A stretch of 64,000 bases of DNA from Macrostomum lignano (Eukaryota). The notes under the pieces are model-generated. The model did no database searches. It saw nothing but the letters and a program-made list of their open reading frames with translations, and was not told where the DNA came from. The position numbers were made by a program, and so were the translations under genes. This document shows positions 34,001-47,924 of this stretch, piece by piece (the stretch's first letter is position 1; each line of letters opens with the position of its first letter). Location: the NCBI GenBank assembly GCA_002269645.1, contig NIVC01000237.1, positions 496,001 to 560,000 of the forward strand, in the 5' to 3' direction.

Positions 34001-36483
34001 GGACAGACAGTCAGTGAGACGGCGCTAGCCAACATATAACGTTGGCGATGCGGAAAGGAGGGGGGAGAGAGTGTGGAATTTTGGTTTAGCGTGTGGTTGT
34101 TAGATTTCTATTTATAGATTATGCGCCGCGCGACCCCAAAACACCCGCCACCCCAGCCCCTCCAATTTCCGCCGCCGCCACCCCCGCCGCCCTAGCCTTT
34201 GGGTCCGGTCGTATTTTTCAGGCTCCAATGCTGAGGGGCGGCAGCAATTGCAATTGGAATGGGGCAGAGCGCAATGGTTGGAAACGTTCAAGAAGCATGG
34301 CGCGGTTTTCGATTGGAAGTTTTTGGAACTGCATTTCTCCTTTCACTAGGAAAGTACTTCTTAGTCTCGTCGAAGTTCAGGCTAGGGGTGAAAATGATTT
34401 TTTGACTTTCAAGATATTTTTGTTAGGAAAGAATGCGCCACTGCACGGTCAGTTCATTTTGATACGGACTTAGGGAGTGTGAAAGTGACAAAGAGAAAAT
34501 AAGTTTTAATCTTACCAGAGCCATGGATTTTTTGGTGGGGGAGGGACAAGCCCAGAATTCTACATGTACAGTTGTACACTGTACATTATTTTCAGAATCA
34601 TTGTTGTCTGCGCTCATTTGGCGTCGCAGGCACTCATTTTGGCGCCACAGGCGCTATATTTTGTCACCCTGAAGCAAAATTATTGATTTCCATAACGGGT
34701 CACAAGGTTGGGTGGGGGGGACAAAGCATTGGCATGAGCCATGATGTCCCACCATAGCTTTTACTAAGGGGATGGGGAGACATGACCCCCTGCCCCCCCC
34801 CCCCTACCCACGTGCACGGGGCTGTGCGAGCAGTGTCCCTGGTCAGCTTATGAACTTTACACAGTATTGTATTTGAAAGTTTTTGCCCCCAAAACGGGGT
34901 TTATTTGTTATTTAGTTCTAAGAAATTGAATAAGAGATTTTACTACGGGCCACTGCTGCTTCTGTCGTGTGCGCTGGTGCATTTTCCTGTGCACAGATTA
35001 CGGATATCAGCTTTCTAAATCCGTGCACCCGAGCTTCGCTACACAAGACTCTCCTTGCTTTATCCGAGTACCTTTTTTGGCGCAGTTTGCGCCTCATCAC
35101 AGCAAGCCAGATTTGAAGCCAGCCTGCAGAGCATTTTTAAACTTGCACTCTTCAAACCGGAATTGTTGGTCTGCTTTCGCTCAAAAGCAGGATCAGATCT
35201 ATAGCTCTGCAGGGTTGTCTGGTTTCAGGTCGAAACTGCATGAGAAATGATGGCTGGTTGCAGTGGGTGAACTCTGTGAAAGCAAGCAGCATGACTGCAT
35301 GCAGGCGCACGAACAGAAAGAACGCTGCTGCATGGGCCGAATTTCAGCTTGAATTTCGCTACATTGCGGAAAGCCTGTCGGATCGTCACAGGTCTTGGGT
35401 GGCGTCACCAGGCCTGTCCTCGCATGTCGGTATTGGGCACACGCCAGTGTCAGCAGCATGCAGCATCTCCTGCATCGCCTGTCGGCAGTATGATTCAGTG
35501 TCCACCAGCTGGGAGCCCTACATGTACATTTGACTGCCCACGATTTAGATTAGGGTTAGGGTTGAGGTGTCAGGGTGTCCATATAGTCACCTGATGCCAC
35601 CTGTTGAAGGTCCAGAAGCTCCGCCTGGATGCAGGCCAGTGACCAACGAAGTCAGAGCTGATGCAGACACATCCGGTCGACGTGCTGATGAAATTTGAAG
35701 GCTTTGCAAGGCTGCACTGAGGCGCTGTGCTGATTGGCGCACAGGGGTGTACTGAATACACTATAGCGCCTGCAGTGACATTTGCCTGCAGTGACATTGA
35801 GTTTTTGAGTTTGACTCAAAGGTGTTAAGTGGTTTCAGTTAGACAACATAAACGTAGACGGATAGCTCGCTTCACATTTTTTGCCGTAATATTTCATGGA
35901 ATCAGCTTATAAAACCAGCAAATATCAAACTATCGCCGAATCACGCTTCTGAGCACATCCGCTCTACGAGCAGCTGTTAAGGGAAACCGGCAGACCTACA
36001 GAACCCGCTACAGAGCCTACAGAAAACCATGAAACTGGAGTACAAGTAGCGGCACACATTTGACTCCCTCCCACCCCACCCGCTGCTCTTGTGTGCAGCC
36101 AGAGTTCGAATTCCAGACTTGGGAACGCCTCTCACGGGCTCGCCATCATAGACTGGAGAAGCCCCCAACCCCCAGCGCAGCATGCTGGACTGGCTCAGGC
36201 ACTGCAGTGCTCTTTCGCACGGAAAAGCGAGAAATCTGTGTTTAGAGTGGCGGCGGCGGATGAGCGCTGCACTCTCCCCGTCGTCAGACTCTGCATCAAT
36301 GCGTGGGTGAAGTGCCTGAAACACGTAGGCAGGGGAGAGGGCGACTCATGCTCCAGCCAGTATCCCGCAGCAGATAGGGACATAATTGCCATTCTGGTCG
36401 GAGCTGCACGTTTGATTTAACGGTGTGTAACAGGCCCAACTTCACAAGACACCTAAACTTTAGAACTGTCCGTCACAACACCT

Positions 36484-38350
36484 AAGCATCCCGAAAATGT
36501 AAACATCCCGACACCCTAAACATCCCGACACCCTAAACATCCCGACACCCCAAACATCCCGACACCTTAAACATCCCGAAACTCTAAACATCCTGACACT
36601 CTAAACATCCCGACACCCCAAACATCCTGACACTCTAAACATCCCGACACCCTAAACATCCCGACACCCTAAACATCCCGACACCCCAAACATCCTGACA
36701 CTCTAATCATCCCGACACACCAAACATCCTGACACTCTAAACATCCCGACACCCTAAACATCCTGACACCCTAAACATCCCGACACTCTAAACATCCTGA
36801 CACTCTAAACATCACGACACCCTAAACATCCCGACACCCTAAACATCCTGACACTCTAATCATCCCGACACTCTAAACATCCTGACACTCTAAACATCCC
36901 GACACCCCAAACATCCTGACACTCTAAACATCCCGACACCCTAAACATCCTGACACCCTAAACATCCCGACACCCCAAACATCCTGACACTCTAAACATC
37001 ACGACACCCCAAACATCCTGACACTCTAAACATCCCGACACCCTAAACATCCCGACACCCTAAACATCCTGACACTCTAAACATCCCGACACCCAAACAT
37101 CCCGACACCCTAAACATCCCGACACCCTAAACATCACGACACCCTAAACATCCCGACACTCAAAACATCCCGACACCCCAAACATCCTGACACTCTAAAC
37201 ATCCCGACACCCTAAACATCACGACACCCTAAACATCCCGACACTCTAAACATCCCGACACCCCAAACATCCTGACACTCTAAACATCCCGACACCCTAA
37301 ACATCCCGACACCCTAAACATCCTGAAACTCTAAACATCCCGACACCCTAAACATCCTGACACTCTAAACATCCCGACACTCTAAACATCCTGACACTCT
37401 AAACATCCCGACACCCTAAACATCCTGACACCCTAAACATCCCGACACTCTAAACATCCTGACACTCTAAACATCCTGACACCCTAAACATCCCGACACC
37501 CTAAACATCCCGACAGCCCAAACATCCTGACACTCTAAACATCCCGACACCCTAAACATCCTGACACTCTAAACATCCCGACACCCTAAACATCCCGACA
37601 CCCAAACATCCCGACACCCTAAACATCACGACACCCTAAACATCCCGACACTCAAAACATCCCGACACCCCAAACATCCTGACACTCTAAACATCCCGAC
37701 ACCCTAAACATCCTGACACCCTAAACATCCCGACACCCTAAACATCCCGACACCCCAAACATCCTGACACCCTAAACATCCTGACACCCTAAACATCCCG
37801 ACACTCTAAACATCCCGACACCCTAAATATCCCGACACCCTAAACATCCCGACACCCCAAACATCCTGACACTCTAATCATCCCGACACCCCAAACATCC
37901 TGACACTCTAAACATCCCGACACCCTAAATATCCTGACACCCTAAACATCCTGACACCCTAAACATCCCGACACTCTAAACATCCCGACACCCTTAACAT
38001 CCTGACACCCTAAACATCCCGACACCCTAAACATCCCGACACCCCAAACATCCTGACACCCTAAACATCCTGACACCCTAAACATCCCGACACTCTAAAC
38101 ATCCTGACACCCTAAATATCCCGACACCCTAAACATCCCGACACCCCAAACATCCTGACACTCTAAACATCCCGACACTCTAAACATCCTGACACTCCAA
38201 ACATCCTGACACCCTAAACATCCTGACACCCCAAACATCCTGACACCCTAAACATCCTGACACCCTAAACATCCTGACACCCTAAACATCCCGACACTCT
38301 AAACATCCCGACAACCTAAAAATCCCGAAAATGTAAACATCCCGACACCT
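36484..38350. repeat. 17-bp minisatellite (aaacatcccgacaccct), ~1.9 kb
   Basis: Read directly. Confidence 0.98.
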
Positions 38351-39667
38351 AGAACTTAAATACAGAAGAGAAAAAACTTTACAAGCAAAACTATCCAAGC
38401 ACAAAATTTAGAATAAGCTACCCAGTGTAAAAGGAATCAAACCTCGAAATGTCTGCAACAGGTTCCTCATTAGGCAGTCATATGTTGAAGCGCTATTTAG
38501 ATGGGGAATTTGGAATATAAACGGCTGAATAGTTAATAAATGCAGCAATCGAGATGCAAGCAAATTGCAAAAGCAAATGCAAAGAAGCAGGTGTCAAACT
38601 CGCGAAAGTTCAGCCATTACGCCCACACGAGCTAGAAAGAAGATATTTATGCAATGCATACTGTGGTCACTGCTACAGCAATTATTGACCTTTGACAGGC
38701 CAGCCACCGCCCCCGCGACTCTGATAAATTGCCAGTTAAAATTGCAGAGGCTTAAGAATGGCCATAAATAGGCAGCCGAACCAGCAGTTTATCAGACGAA
38801 GCGTTCAAAGCGCCTTAGTTTGTAAACTTCCTGTTTAAAGTGAAAAGTGAAATTTCCCACTCAGCCAGCTTGCTTAGCTCGGTTTACTAACGAATGCGGA
38901 CTGCAGCCGCTAATGGAGTCATCCGGGGCGACCTAAGAAGCGTTTCTTAGAAACAAGGCTGGAAAGCCGGAAATTCTAAGAAAAGTTACACTGCAGTTAA
39001 ACTATTAGCTCTCTAGCTAAATTTTGCAAAACTATATTTATTCGGTTCACATACAAACTATGCTACTAAAAGATCCACGCTAGTAGAACTGTGCGCAAAT
39101 GAATTCGAATTTTCAGAAACAAAAGTGTATTTGATTAGCAAAAAATGATGCATCCTGAATTTTCGATTATTCATAAGTCCGTATTGAAATTTTATTCATT
39201 CGAGCATGATTCAGCCAGTTTTAGTGATGTAATTCGGCCTAGCAACCAATGGACGAGAGCGTCATAATGCGGCATAATTGAAGATGCGTTTGGGGTTTGT
39301 GATGCATGACTTGCAATGGTGTGTAGCTATTGTTAATATTGCAGTACAACAATATAAAGGCGATATTCAAGAACTTTGCCGATCAAGCTACTAACAGTGG
39401 TATGATTGGGACACACGATGGCGAACTGCCGAAACCGACTACTTAAAAAATAAAAGGAAAATAACTCATGCGTAAAAAACCAACCTCGAAACCTATGGAC
39501 ACGAGGACTTAAACTCGGGGGTAAACCGTATTTATGAAATTGGCGAAAAAATGATATACATCATGCAGACCAAAAAGGGAAGAGAATGTTTATCAGAGCA
39601 AAAACAAGATTAAGACAAAAACATTTGAGAGTTTGAGTTGGTGGAACCAGTTCTGACAGCGGACAGC

Positions 39668-42600
39668 TCAGAACTCCATAGTGACCGTCTTTGTCTTCAG
39701 GTACTCGTTGAGAGCCTCCTCACCTGAAATATCGGTTAATTGTGCCTTGTAGTCCCTAGAACTGTCCCTGAAGAAATCTTAACGACGTGTCCTTAAACGA
39801 CTCCACAGAGAGCCGTGCCCTGAAGTGACCCCGCAAGCGTACTTTTAAGTGACCCGTCAAAACGCTGTGAAAGAGAGCCCCTAATGATATGTACTTAGTG
39901 CTGAGCTGTGAAAACACGCTGCATTGTATCGACGTATCCTTAAATGACCTTAGAGAACCGTGACCTCAAATGACCCCACCGATATGTACTACAGTGAACT
40001 GTCAAGACTAACCGAGATCCTTGCCGAAGCCGGACTGCTTGAAGCCGCCGAAGGGCGCGGCCACGTCAGTTTTATTGTAGGTGTTCACGAACACGGTGCC
40101 GGCGTGGATCCGCTCGGAGACGCGCAGCGCCTTGTAGATGTCGCGGGTGAACACGCCGGAGGCCAAGCCGTACTCCGTGGCGTTGGCGCGGCTCAGCACT
40201 CCGTCTATATCGCCGTCGGGAAAGTCGGAGATGATCATCACGGGCCCAAAGCTCTCCTCCTGGGCGATGTGCATGTGGTCCTGCACCCCGGTGAACAGCG
40301 TCGGCTCCATGAAGAAGCCGCGCAGGCCGGCCACCCGGCGGCCGCCGCAGACCAGCTTGGCGCCTTCGGAGACGCCGCGCTGGCAGTATTCCAACAGCTT
40401 GTCCAGGTGCGCCCGGTGGTTTTGCGGCCCGTGGTCGGTGGCCCGGTCCAGAGGATCGCCGATGCGCATCTTCGCGATCTGACGGGAGCAATCAGGCCGG
40501 GGTTCGCCATCGGTCTCTCATATTTCATATTTCCTTTAACATATTTACTTTAACTGGAACAATTTCAATCCTAATCTACTTCTTCGTGCAAGCCCTCTGT
40601 AGTCACCCTCTTCCCCCTCTGTAGTGACCCTCTTCTCCCTCTGTAGTAACCCTCTTCTCCCTCTGTAGTGACCCTCTTCCCCCTCTGTAAGTGACCCTCT
40701 TCCCCCTCTGTAAGTGACCCTCTTCCCCCTCTGTAGTCACCCTCTTCCCCCTCTGTAGTGACCCTCTTCCCCCTCTGTAGTGACCCTCTTCCCCCTCTGT
40801 AAGTGACCCTCTTCCCCCTCTGTAAGTGACCCTCTTCCCCCTCTGTAGTGACCCTCTTCCCCCTCTGTAGTGACCCTCTTCCCCCTCTGTAGTGACCCTC
40901 TTCTCCCTCTGTAGTAACCCTCTTCTCCCTCTGTAGTAACCCTCTTCCCCCTCTGTAGTCACCCTCTTCCCCCTCTGTAGTAACCCTCTTCTCCCTCTGT
41001 AGTGACCCTCTTCCCCCTCTGTAGTCACCCTCTTCCCCCTCTGTAGTCACCCTCTTCCCCCTCTGTAGTAACCCTCTTCTCCCTCTGTAGTAACCCTCTT
41101 CCCCCTCTGTAGTAACCCTCTTCCCCCTCTGTAGTAACCCTCTTCCCCCTCTGTAGTCACCCTCTTCCCCCTCTGTAGTAACCCTCTTCTCCCTCTGTAG
41201 TAACCCTCTTCTCCCTCTGTAGTAACCCTCTTCCCCCTCTGTAGTAACCCTCTTCCCCCTCTGTAGTCACCCTCTTCCCCCTCTGTAGTAACCCTCTTCC
41301 CCCTCTGTAGTCACCCTCTTCCCCCTCTGTAGTAACCCTCTTCCCCCTCTGTAGTGACCCTCTCCCCCCTCTGTAGCTACCCTCTTCTACCTTTGTAGTA
41401 ACCCTGCTCTCCATCTGTAGTCATCATCTTCTCACTCTCTTCTCTTTGTCTCTTGTACCCCCACCCAAGCCTGCCCACCAGCCTCTATTCCGCCCCAGCA
41501 ACGCAGGCAGTTCTGGTCAGTCCAAACCCACCTCAACCTTGACGGCCTCCACAAAGCGGTCGTGAATTGACGCCTCCACAAACAGACGACCGGCCGCAAT
41601 GCAATTCTCGCCCTTATTAAAGAACACCCCGTTACAGGCCATTTTGACTGCTTTGGAAAATTCGCAGTCCGCAAAGACAATCAGGGGACTCTTGCCGCCC
41701 AGTTCCAGGCTGCACTTTTTCAAGTTGGCGCTGCAGGCAGCCATAATGGTGCGGCCGACCGGAGTTGAACCCGTGAAGCCCAGCTTGCGCACCTCCGGGT
41801 GCTCGGCAATCGACTGGCCAACCGCGGCGCCGGGGCCGGGCAGGACGTTCACCACGCCGGGCGGGAACCCGGCCCGGGCGACCAGCTCGCAGAACTTCAA
41901 AGACGTCAGCGGCGTCACCTGAGCCGGTTTGAGAATCTAGGAACAAAAACAGTGAATTTTTGACGCGGTGACACAAATATTCTCGACTTGCCTGCTTTAA
42001 GTAGCGTCGACAAGCCAAAACATAAATTAGAAATGATAGAAAATCTTACCACAGTGTTGCCGGCAGCCAGACAGGCGGACATTTTCCAGGCCAGCATCAT
42101 CAGCGGGTAATTCCAGGGCGTGACGATGCCGCATACCCCGATGGGCTCCCGGATGGTGAGGGTCAGATTGCGGTTCGGCCTGGCGTGGTTAATCGGGATT
42201 GTCTGGCCGTGGATTTTATCGCACCAGCCGGCGAAGTAGCGGAACGAATCGATCGACATGCCAATGTGAGTCTTCAAGGCCAGGGTGTACACCGCGCCGG
42301 AGTCCAGGCTCTCGATTGTGGCCAGCTCCTCCTTGTGGGCTTCCATCAGGTCGGCTAGGCGGAACATCAGACGGCTGCGGTCGCGCGCGTTCATGCGGCC
42401 CCACTCGCCGGAGTGGAAGGCCGCGGAGGCAGCGGCCACGGCGGCATCAACGTCGGCCTTGCCGCAGTAGGCGACTTCGCAGATCACCTGTTGGCAGGGT
42501 GGGATGATGCTATATGCCTTTGCTGCTTCAAGGTGTTTACTCGAAGATCTGGGAGGCTGGTGAGTACAGTCTGAAGATCTGGGAGGCTGGTGGGTACTGC

Positions 42601-45600
42601 CTGAAGATCTGGGAGGCTGGTGGGTACTGCCTGAAGATCTGGAAGGCTGGTGGGTACAGCCTGAAGATCTGGGAGGCTGGTGGGTACTGCCTGAAGATCT
42701 GGGAGGCTGGTGGGTACAGCCTGAGGGTCTGGGAGGCTGGTGGGTACAGCCTGAAGATCTGGCAGGCTGCAGTGTCGAGCACTCACCTCCTCGGTGAACG
42801 GGTTAACAGTGGGGCTGGTCTTGCCGCTGGCAGCATCCACGAATCGGTTGTTGATGAAGGCCTGGCGCGGGAAGGCCACCTCCATGCCGTTGGCCTGCAG
42901 GCGCACCGCGTCGTACTGGAAGCTGCCGGCACCGTCGGCCCCGGCCCGGCTACGTTGAACAACCAGCGCGAACAGCTCGCCCAGCGTGGTTGCCATGTAA
43001 ACCTCCTCGTTGCTAAGCGACACTTGAATCGAATTTTTTATCTCTTCAACCAGACGAGTGACGTCCATGGAGCCGGCGCCAGCTTTGAAAAAGTCCAGAT
43101 CGTCGGGCAAGTCGCCCTCCCTGGCCAGGATGCCTCGCCAGATGCGCTGCAGCTCCGGCTTCATCGCCGACTCCGCGTCAGTCAAGTTGGACACTCCAGC
43201 CGCGGCCTGTGGGTTTAAAGGCAAATTCAGGCTCGAGTGTACATTGGTCGGGGACGAGATTTAAAGTTCAATTGTACATTGGCTGGGGACGAGATTTAAA
43301 GTTCAAATGTACATTGGCTGGGGACGAGATTTAAAGTTCAATTGTACATTGCTGGAGACGAGATTTCAATTTCAATTGTAGATTGGCTGGAGACGAGATT
43401 TAAAGTTCAATTGTACATTGGCTGGGGACGAGATTTAAAGTTCAATTGTACATTGCTGGAGACGAGATTTCAATTTCAATTGTAGATTGGCTGGAGACGA
43501 GATTTAAAGTTCAATTGTACATTGGCTGGGGACGAGATTTAAAGTTCAAATGTACATTGGCTGGGGACGAGATTTAAAGTTCAAATGTACATTGGCTGGA
43601 GACGAGATTTCAAGTTTAATTGTACATTGGCTGGTGACGAGATTTCAATTCAAATGTATATTGGCTGGGGACGAGATTTCAAGTTCAAATGTACATTGGC
43701 TGGAGACGAGATTTCAAGTTTAATTGTACATTGGCTGGGGACTAGATTTCAAGTTCAAATGTAAATTGGCCGCGGACGAGCACGAGACAGCTGATTTAAA
43801 TTTAGATTGACTAATAAGTACGAGATACTGGATTGTAGTGTGCACTGAAATAGACATTCATCGCCTACCTGGTCGGGCGACAGCCCCAGCTGCTTGGCCG
43901 GCACAGTTTTGCCGGACGCTTCCAGTCGGGCTGTCGCCACGCTGACGCAGTTGCCATCGAGGCCAAATAGCAGCAGGCCGTCCGAGTGCGTCAGCGGCGG
44001 CTTGCGGCCACCGTCGGCGTAGCCTTCAATCAGCAGATCCTGGCCGGGGTTGGGCGCAGCGGCGGCGGGCAGCTGGCCGGCGGGGACCAGGCGGCTGCCG
44101 AACAGGCTGACCCGCTCGCCGTTCACCAGGGCCCAGGCTCCGGGCACTCGGTCGCAGCCGCGGATGAAGTTGTGCAGCTGGACGGCGGTGGCGCCGGTGG
44201 TGGCCCAGTCGATTTTCGCCAGCTCCGCTGTCATCTTGGGGTCGTAGGTGGCGCCCTCGGCTGGCTGCACGAGCTTGGGGGCCGAGCCGGCCGCGATCTG
44301 GTCCACGGCCTCGCCCTGCCGAATTTGATGGGGAGCAGGCGCTACTGGAGATGTGGGATCATGGGAGTTTGGGACTCTATAGTTCTGGGAGTTTAGGATT
44401 TCTAGTTCTGGGAGGTTGGGATTTCTAGTTCTGGGAGTTGGGATTCTAGTTCTGGGGGGTCTAGGGCTCAGAATTTGGGGGATAGGGATTTAGGAGTTAA
44501 ATACTAAGGATTTAGGGAGTTATTACCTAGACATGTTGCAAAAGGCTTCTCCAGAAACCAAAAATCTCAATAAGCAATAAATTAGTAGACCCATATTTAA
44601 TAAGACTTTGAAGACTTTTAAGAATAAATAATAAAAGAATGACAAATTAATTTTTTTTCATATAATAATTCCAGCACTCAACTTCGAGCTAGATTACCGC
44701 CTCTCTATCTTATCTACAATATCTCTCGCTAAGAAGGGGGTGTGGCCACTCCAGAGCGTGCGGTAACAGGCAGGGCAGCTAGCCGAGATCACGTGACCCG
44801 GCCAGCCGGCTTCGCTTGACCAACTATCTAGAACCCAATAGAAAAGCGCACACAGCGGTTCTAAACTGCGTTAAACACGGCGAGCAACCAAAAAACAAAA
44901 CCAGTTGAAACCGGTTGGTTCCATTTCAGCCGGTTCAGTCATTCTGGCTGCCACGCGCCGCAAACAACTCTGACCCCGCAGCCACGCAAGTAGCTATGGA
45001 GCTGTCCAATTGGCGAAATCCACTGATAACTTTTTGGTTCTGTTATTACAACTGTATCAGCCCCAGATTAACCAGTTTTCTTATAACTAGTTTGCAGTCT
45101 GGTAATAGATTGGAGAAAATTCTCAGTTCACCCGAACTTATTATTACAAGCAGACGCTATTCAAAGTACAATATTGAGAAAATTCTATACGACAATAAGG
45201 ACACTTTGTACTTGAAAATTATTGGACAAAGTTTGGCGGATAAACTACAACTCCGAAAAGCACCTTTTCATCATAAGATTGAAATATCATAATCTCACAA
45301 TAATAATAATAGATTACACCTTGCCCAAATGGGCAGGGGACTGCTGAAGACTGTGTACGGCTGTTCAGTCCAAGGACTGGGGGGAGGGGGTCGCCAAACA
45401 CCCTCAGTTACCTCAGCACCCATTTTACAGCTCGGTGAACTGAAGCTTACACAAATTGTTCCGAGAATCAAATCGGGTTTGTGATATTTCGGGTTAATTG
45501 ATATTTCGGGTGAATTGATATTTTGGAGTTCGGGTTTGTGATATTTCTGGCTTGTGATATTTCAGGTTTGTGATATTTCTGGCTTGTGATATTTCGGGTT

Positions 45601-47362
45601 TGTGATATTTCGGGTTTGTGATATTTCGGGTTTGTGATATTTCGGGTTTGTGATATTTCAGGTTTGTGATATTTCTGGCTTGTGATATTTCGGGTTTGTG
45701 ATATTTCTGGCTTGTGATATTTCGGGTTTGTGATATTTCGGGTTTGTGATATTTCGGGTTTGTGATATTTCGGGTTTGTGATATTTCAAGTTTGTGATAT
45801 TTCGGGTTTGTGATATTTCAGGTTTGTGATATTTCTGGTTCGTGATATTTCAGGTTTTGTGATATTTCGGGTTTGCGACATTTCGGGTTTTGTAATATTT
45901 CAGGTTTATGATATTTCGGGTTTGCGACATTTCGGGTTTTGTGATATTTCAGGTTTTATGATATTTCGGGTTTTGTGATTTTTCTGCATGGTTTGTGATT
46001 TTACGGGTTTACGATGCCCCCCCCCACCCACACCACAGACCGACCGGCTCACCATAGCCTTGACGCCCTCAGGGAAGAGGAAGCGCTTGTACAGCGAGTT
46101 AAGCGTGTCCTCCGGCTCGATCTTCACCTCCCTGGTCAGTAGCACGGGCCCCGTGTCTAGGCCGTCATCCGCCCAGAATATGCTGAACCCGCCGATTTTA
46201 TCGCCATGGATTAGCGTCCTGTGTGCGGTTGCCAAGATGATCATGAGATGCCCCCCAAAATCAATTCAAATTGTGAGCTGCTGGACGCCTTACCAGTTGA
46301 TAGCGGAGGCCCCTCTATGCCTTGGCAGTATGGACGGGTGGTAAACAATGCTCTGGTGCTTTGGGTAATTGATTATCTCCATGGGGATGAACTGGGAGCA
46401 GAACGGCAGAACATTCAGCTCGGCGCCAAGGGATTTGTACTCTTCGAATATCTCCGGGATCACCTGTGTGCGGAAATATGACCAATAATTATGCGAGTAT
46501 TAATTAATAGTACAACAATTACTGTGAAAATTAACAATTGACAAGAAACATGATGAAGGGCTTGAAACTTCAATGGGTTTTATAATTCTCACACCCCATG
46601 AGATTCTTCACGTTCTCACACCCCATGAGATTCTTCACGTTCTCACACCCCATGAGATTCTTCACGTTCTCACACCACATCATATTCTTCATGTTCTCAC
46701 ACCCCATGAGATTCTTCACGTTCTCACACCCCATGAGATTCTTCACGTTCTCGTACCCAATGAGATTCTTCACGTTCTCACACCCAATGAGATTCTTCAC
46801 GTTCTTACACCCAATGAGATTCTTCGCGTTCTCACACCCCATGAGATTCTTCACGTTCTCACACCCCATGAGATTCTTCACGTTCTCACACCCCATGAGA
46901 TTCTTCGCGTTCTCACACCCCATGAGATTCTTCGCGTTCTCACACACCATGAGATTCTTCGCGTTCTCACACCCCATGAAATTCTTCACTTTCATGACAC
47001 ACCCCTAAAACTCCCAGCCAACCTGACGCCATAGCGACGGCTATCTGACATCTCCCACAAATCTCAAACCTGGTTTTTGACTCGCCAGCGGGCATATTTG
47101 AACACGGGCACATTTGCAGCGGCGGCGGCTTGAGCTGCGAAGAAATTTGTTACCATCACAACGAAAATGGTTATAAAAGGTCATCGCTTGGTCAAACACA
47201 CAACTACAAACTTTTATACCAATATTGGAACTCACCAAGAATATCTTCTTTTCCACCTTTATCAGGAATAGTGAACACCCCAACAATGTCATAGCCTTTT
47301 GACTGCAATAGTTTGAACACTTCAGCACCAAAGGCACTCTGTCCAATGATTGCAATCTTCAT
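39668..47362 (-). CDS. ALDH1L: 10-formyltetrahydrofolate dehydrogenase (formyltransferase-ACP-aldehyde dehydrogenase fusion), 10 exons, ~919 aa
   Basis: Exons 47362-47236, 47134-47070, 46463-46294, 46218-46053, 44315-43869, 43206-42787, 42487-42050, 41936-41532, 40478-40013, 39723-39668 (2760 nt). Motifs [34 protein letters not shown], carrier-domain [35 protein letters not shown]-terminal [12 protein letters not shown]. Confidence 0.97.
40590..41420. repeat. 22-23-bp minisatellite (ctgtagt[a/g]accctcttccccct)
   Basis: Read directly; ALDH1L intron 8. Confidence 0.95.
42540..42770. repeat. 30-bp minisatellite (ctgaagatctgggaggctggtgggtacagc)
   Basis: Read directly; ALDH1L intron 6. Confidence 0.95.
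43235..43760. repeat. 35-bp minisatellite (tacattggctggggacgagatttaaagttcaattg)
   Basis: acatt recurs at 43241 and 43276; ALDH1L intron 5. Confidence 0.95.
45298..45470 (-). mobile_element. 5'-truncated, internally deleted copy of the same CORE-type SINE, with an (ATT)n tail
   Basis: Reverse complement reads ggaacaatttgtg..gcttcagttcaccgagctgtaaaatgggtgc...ggcgacccc..cagtccttggactgaacagccgtac...ggtgtaatc, matching 12184-12405. Confidence 0.8.
45480..45990. repeat. 16-bp minisatellite (tgtgatatttcgggtt)
   Basis: Read directly; ALDH1L intron 4. Confidence 0.95.
46570..46990. repeat. 27-bp minisatellite (catgagattcttcacgttctcacaccc)
   Basis: Read directly; ALDH1L intron 2. Confidence 0.95.
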
Positions 47363-47924
47363 AGTTGGATTCTGAGTAGAGACTGACATGCAAGATAGTA
47401 TGATTTTTAAATAAAATTATACAGATTACGATCTAAAGTTTTTGATAGTGGTTTTCTTGATTAAGTAGTCAGTGGTTACTATAATTGGTTAGAGGTAGCA
47501 TATGCATATATTACAAACATTATTGTATTGAACCTTAAATAGTCATCTATATAAGTTTAATAGATACCTATTTAAAACCTATAGTAAGAAAGATGTCCTC
47601 TATAACTAGTATGGAAAATTCTAGTGCATACAAGGTGTCCTTAATACACTTGATATAAATCATAGCATATTCTGAGTTCCTTAAGGAATTTGGCAAATAA
47701 AACTTTTGGTAAATATGAAATATAGCAAATTTGACATAAAATATAGTACTAATATTTGTTAATCTAACTTGAAATTTTAAATGTTTGGCTTTAATTTCTA
47801 TTATATAGTTTTTAAAGGTTAGGTCATAGAAATAGTGCATGCAAATGGCACAAAGACAATGTACAAATTGTCTTCCAAAACTTTATTCTAATGCATGCTA
47901 TGCTATTCTCTTGACTCACTCAAG

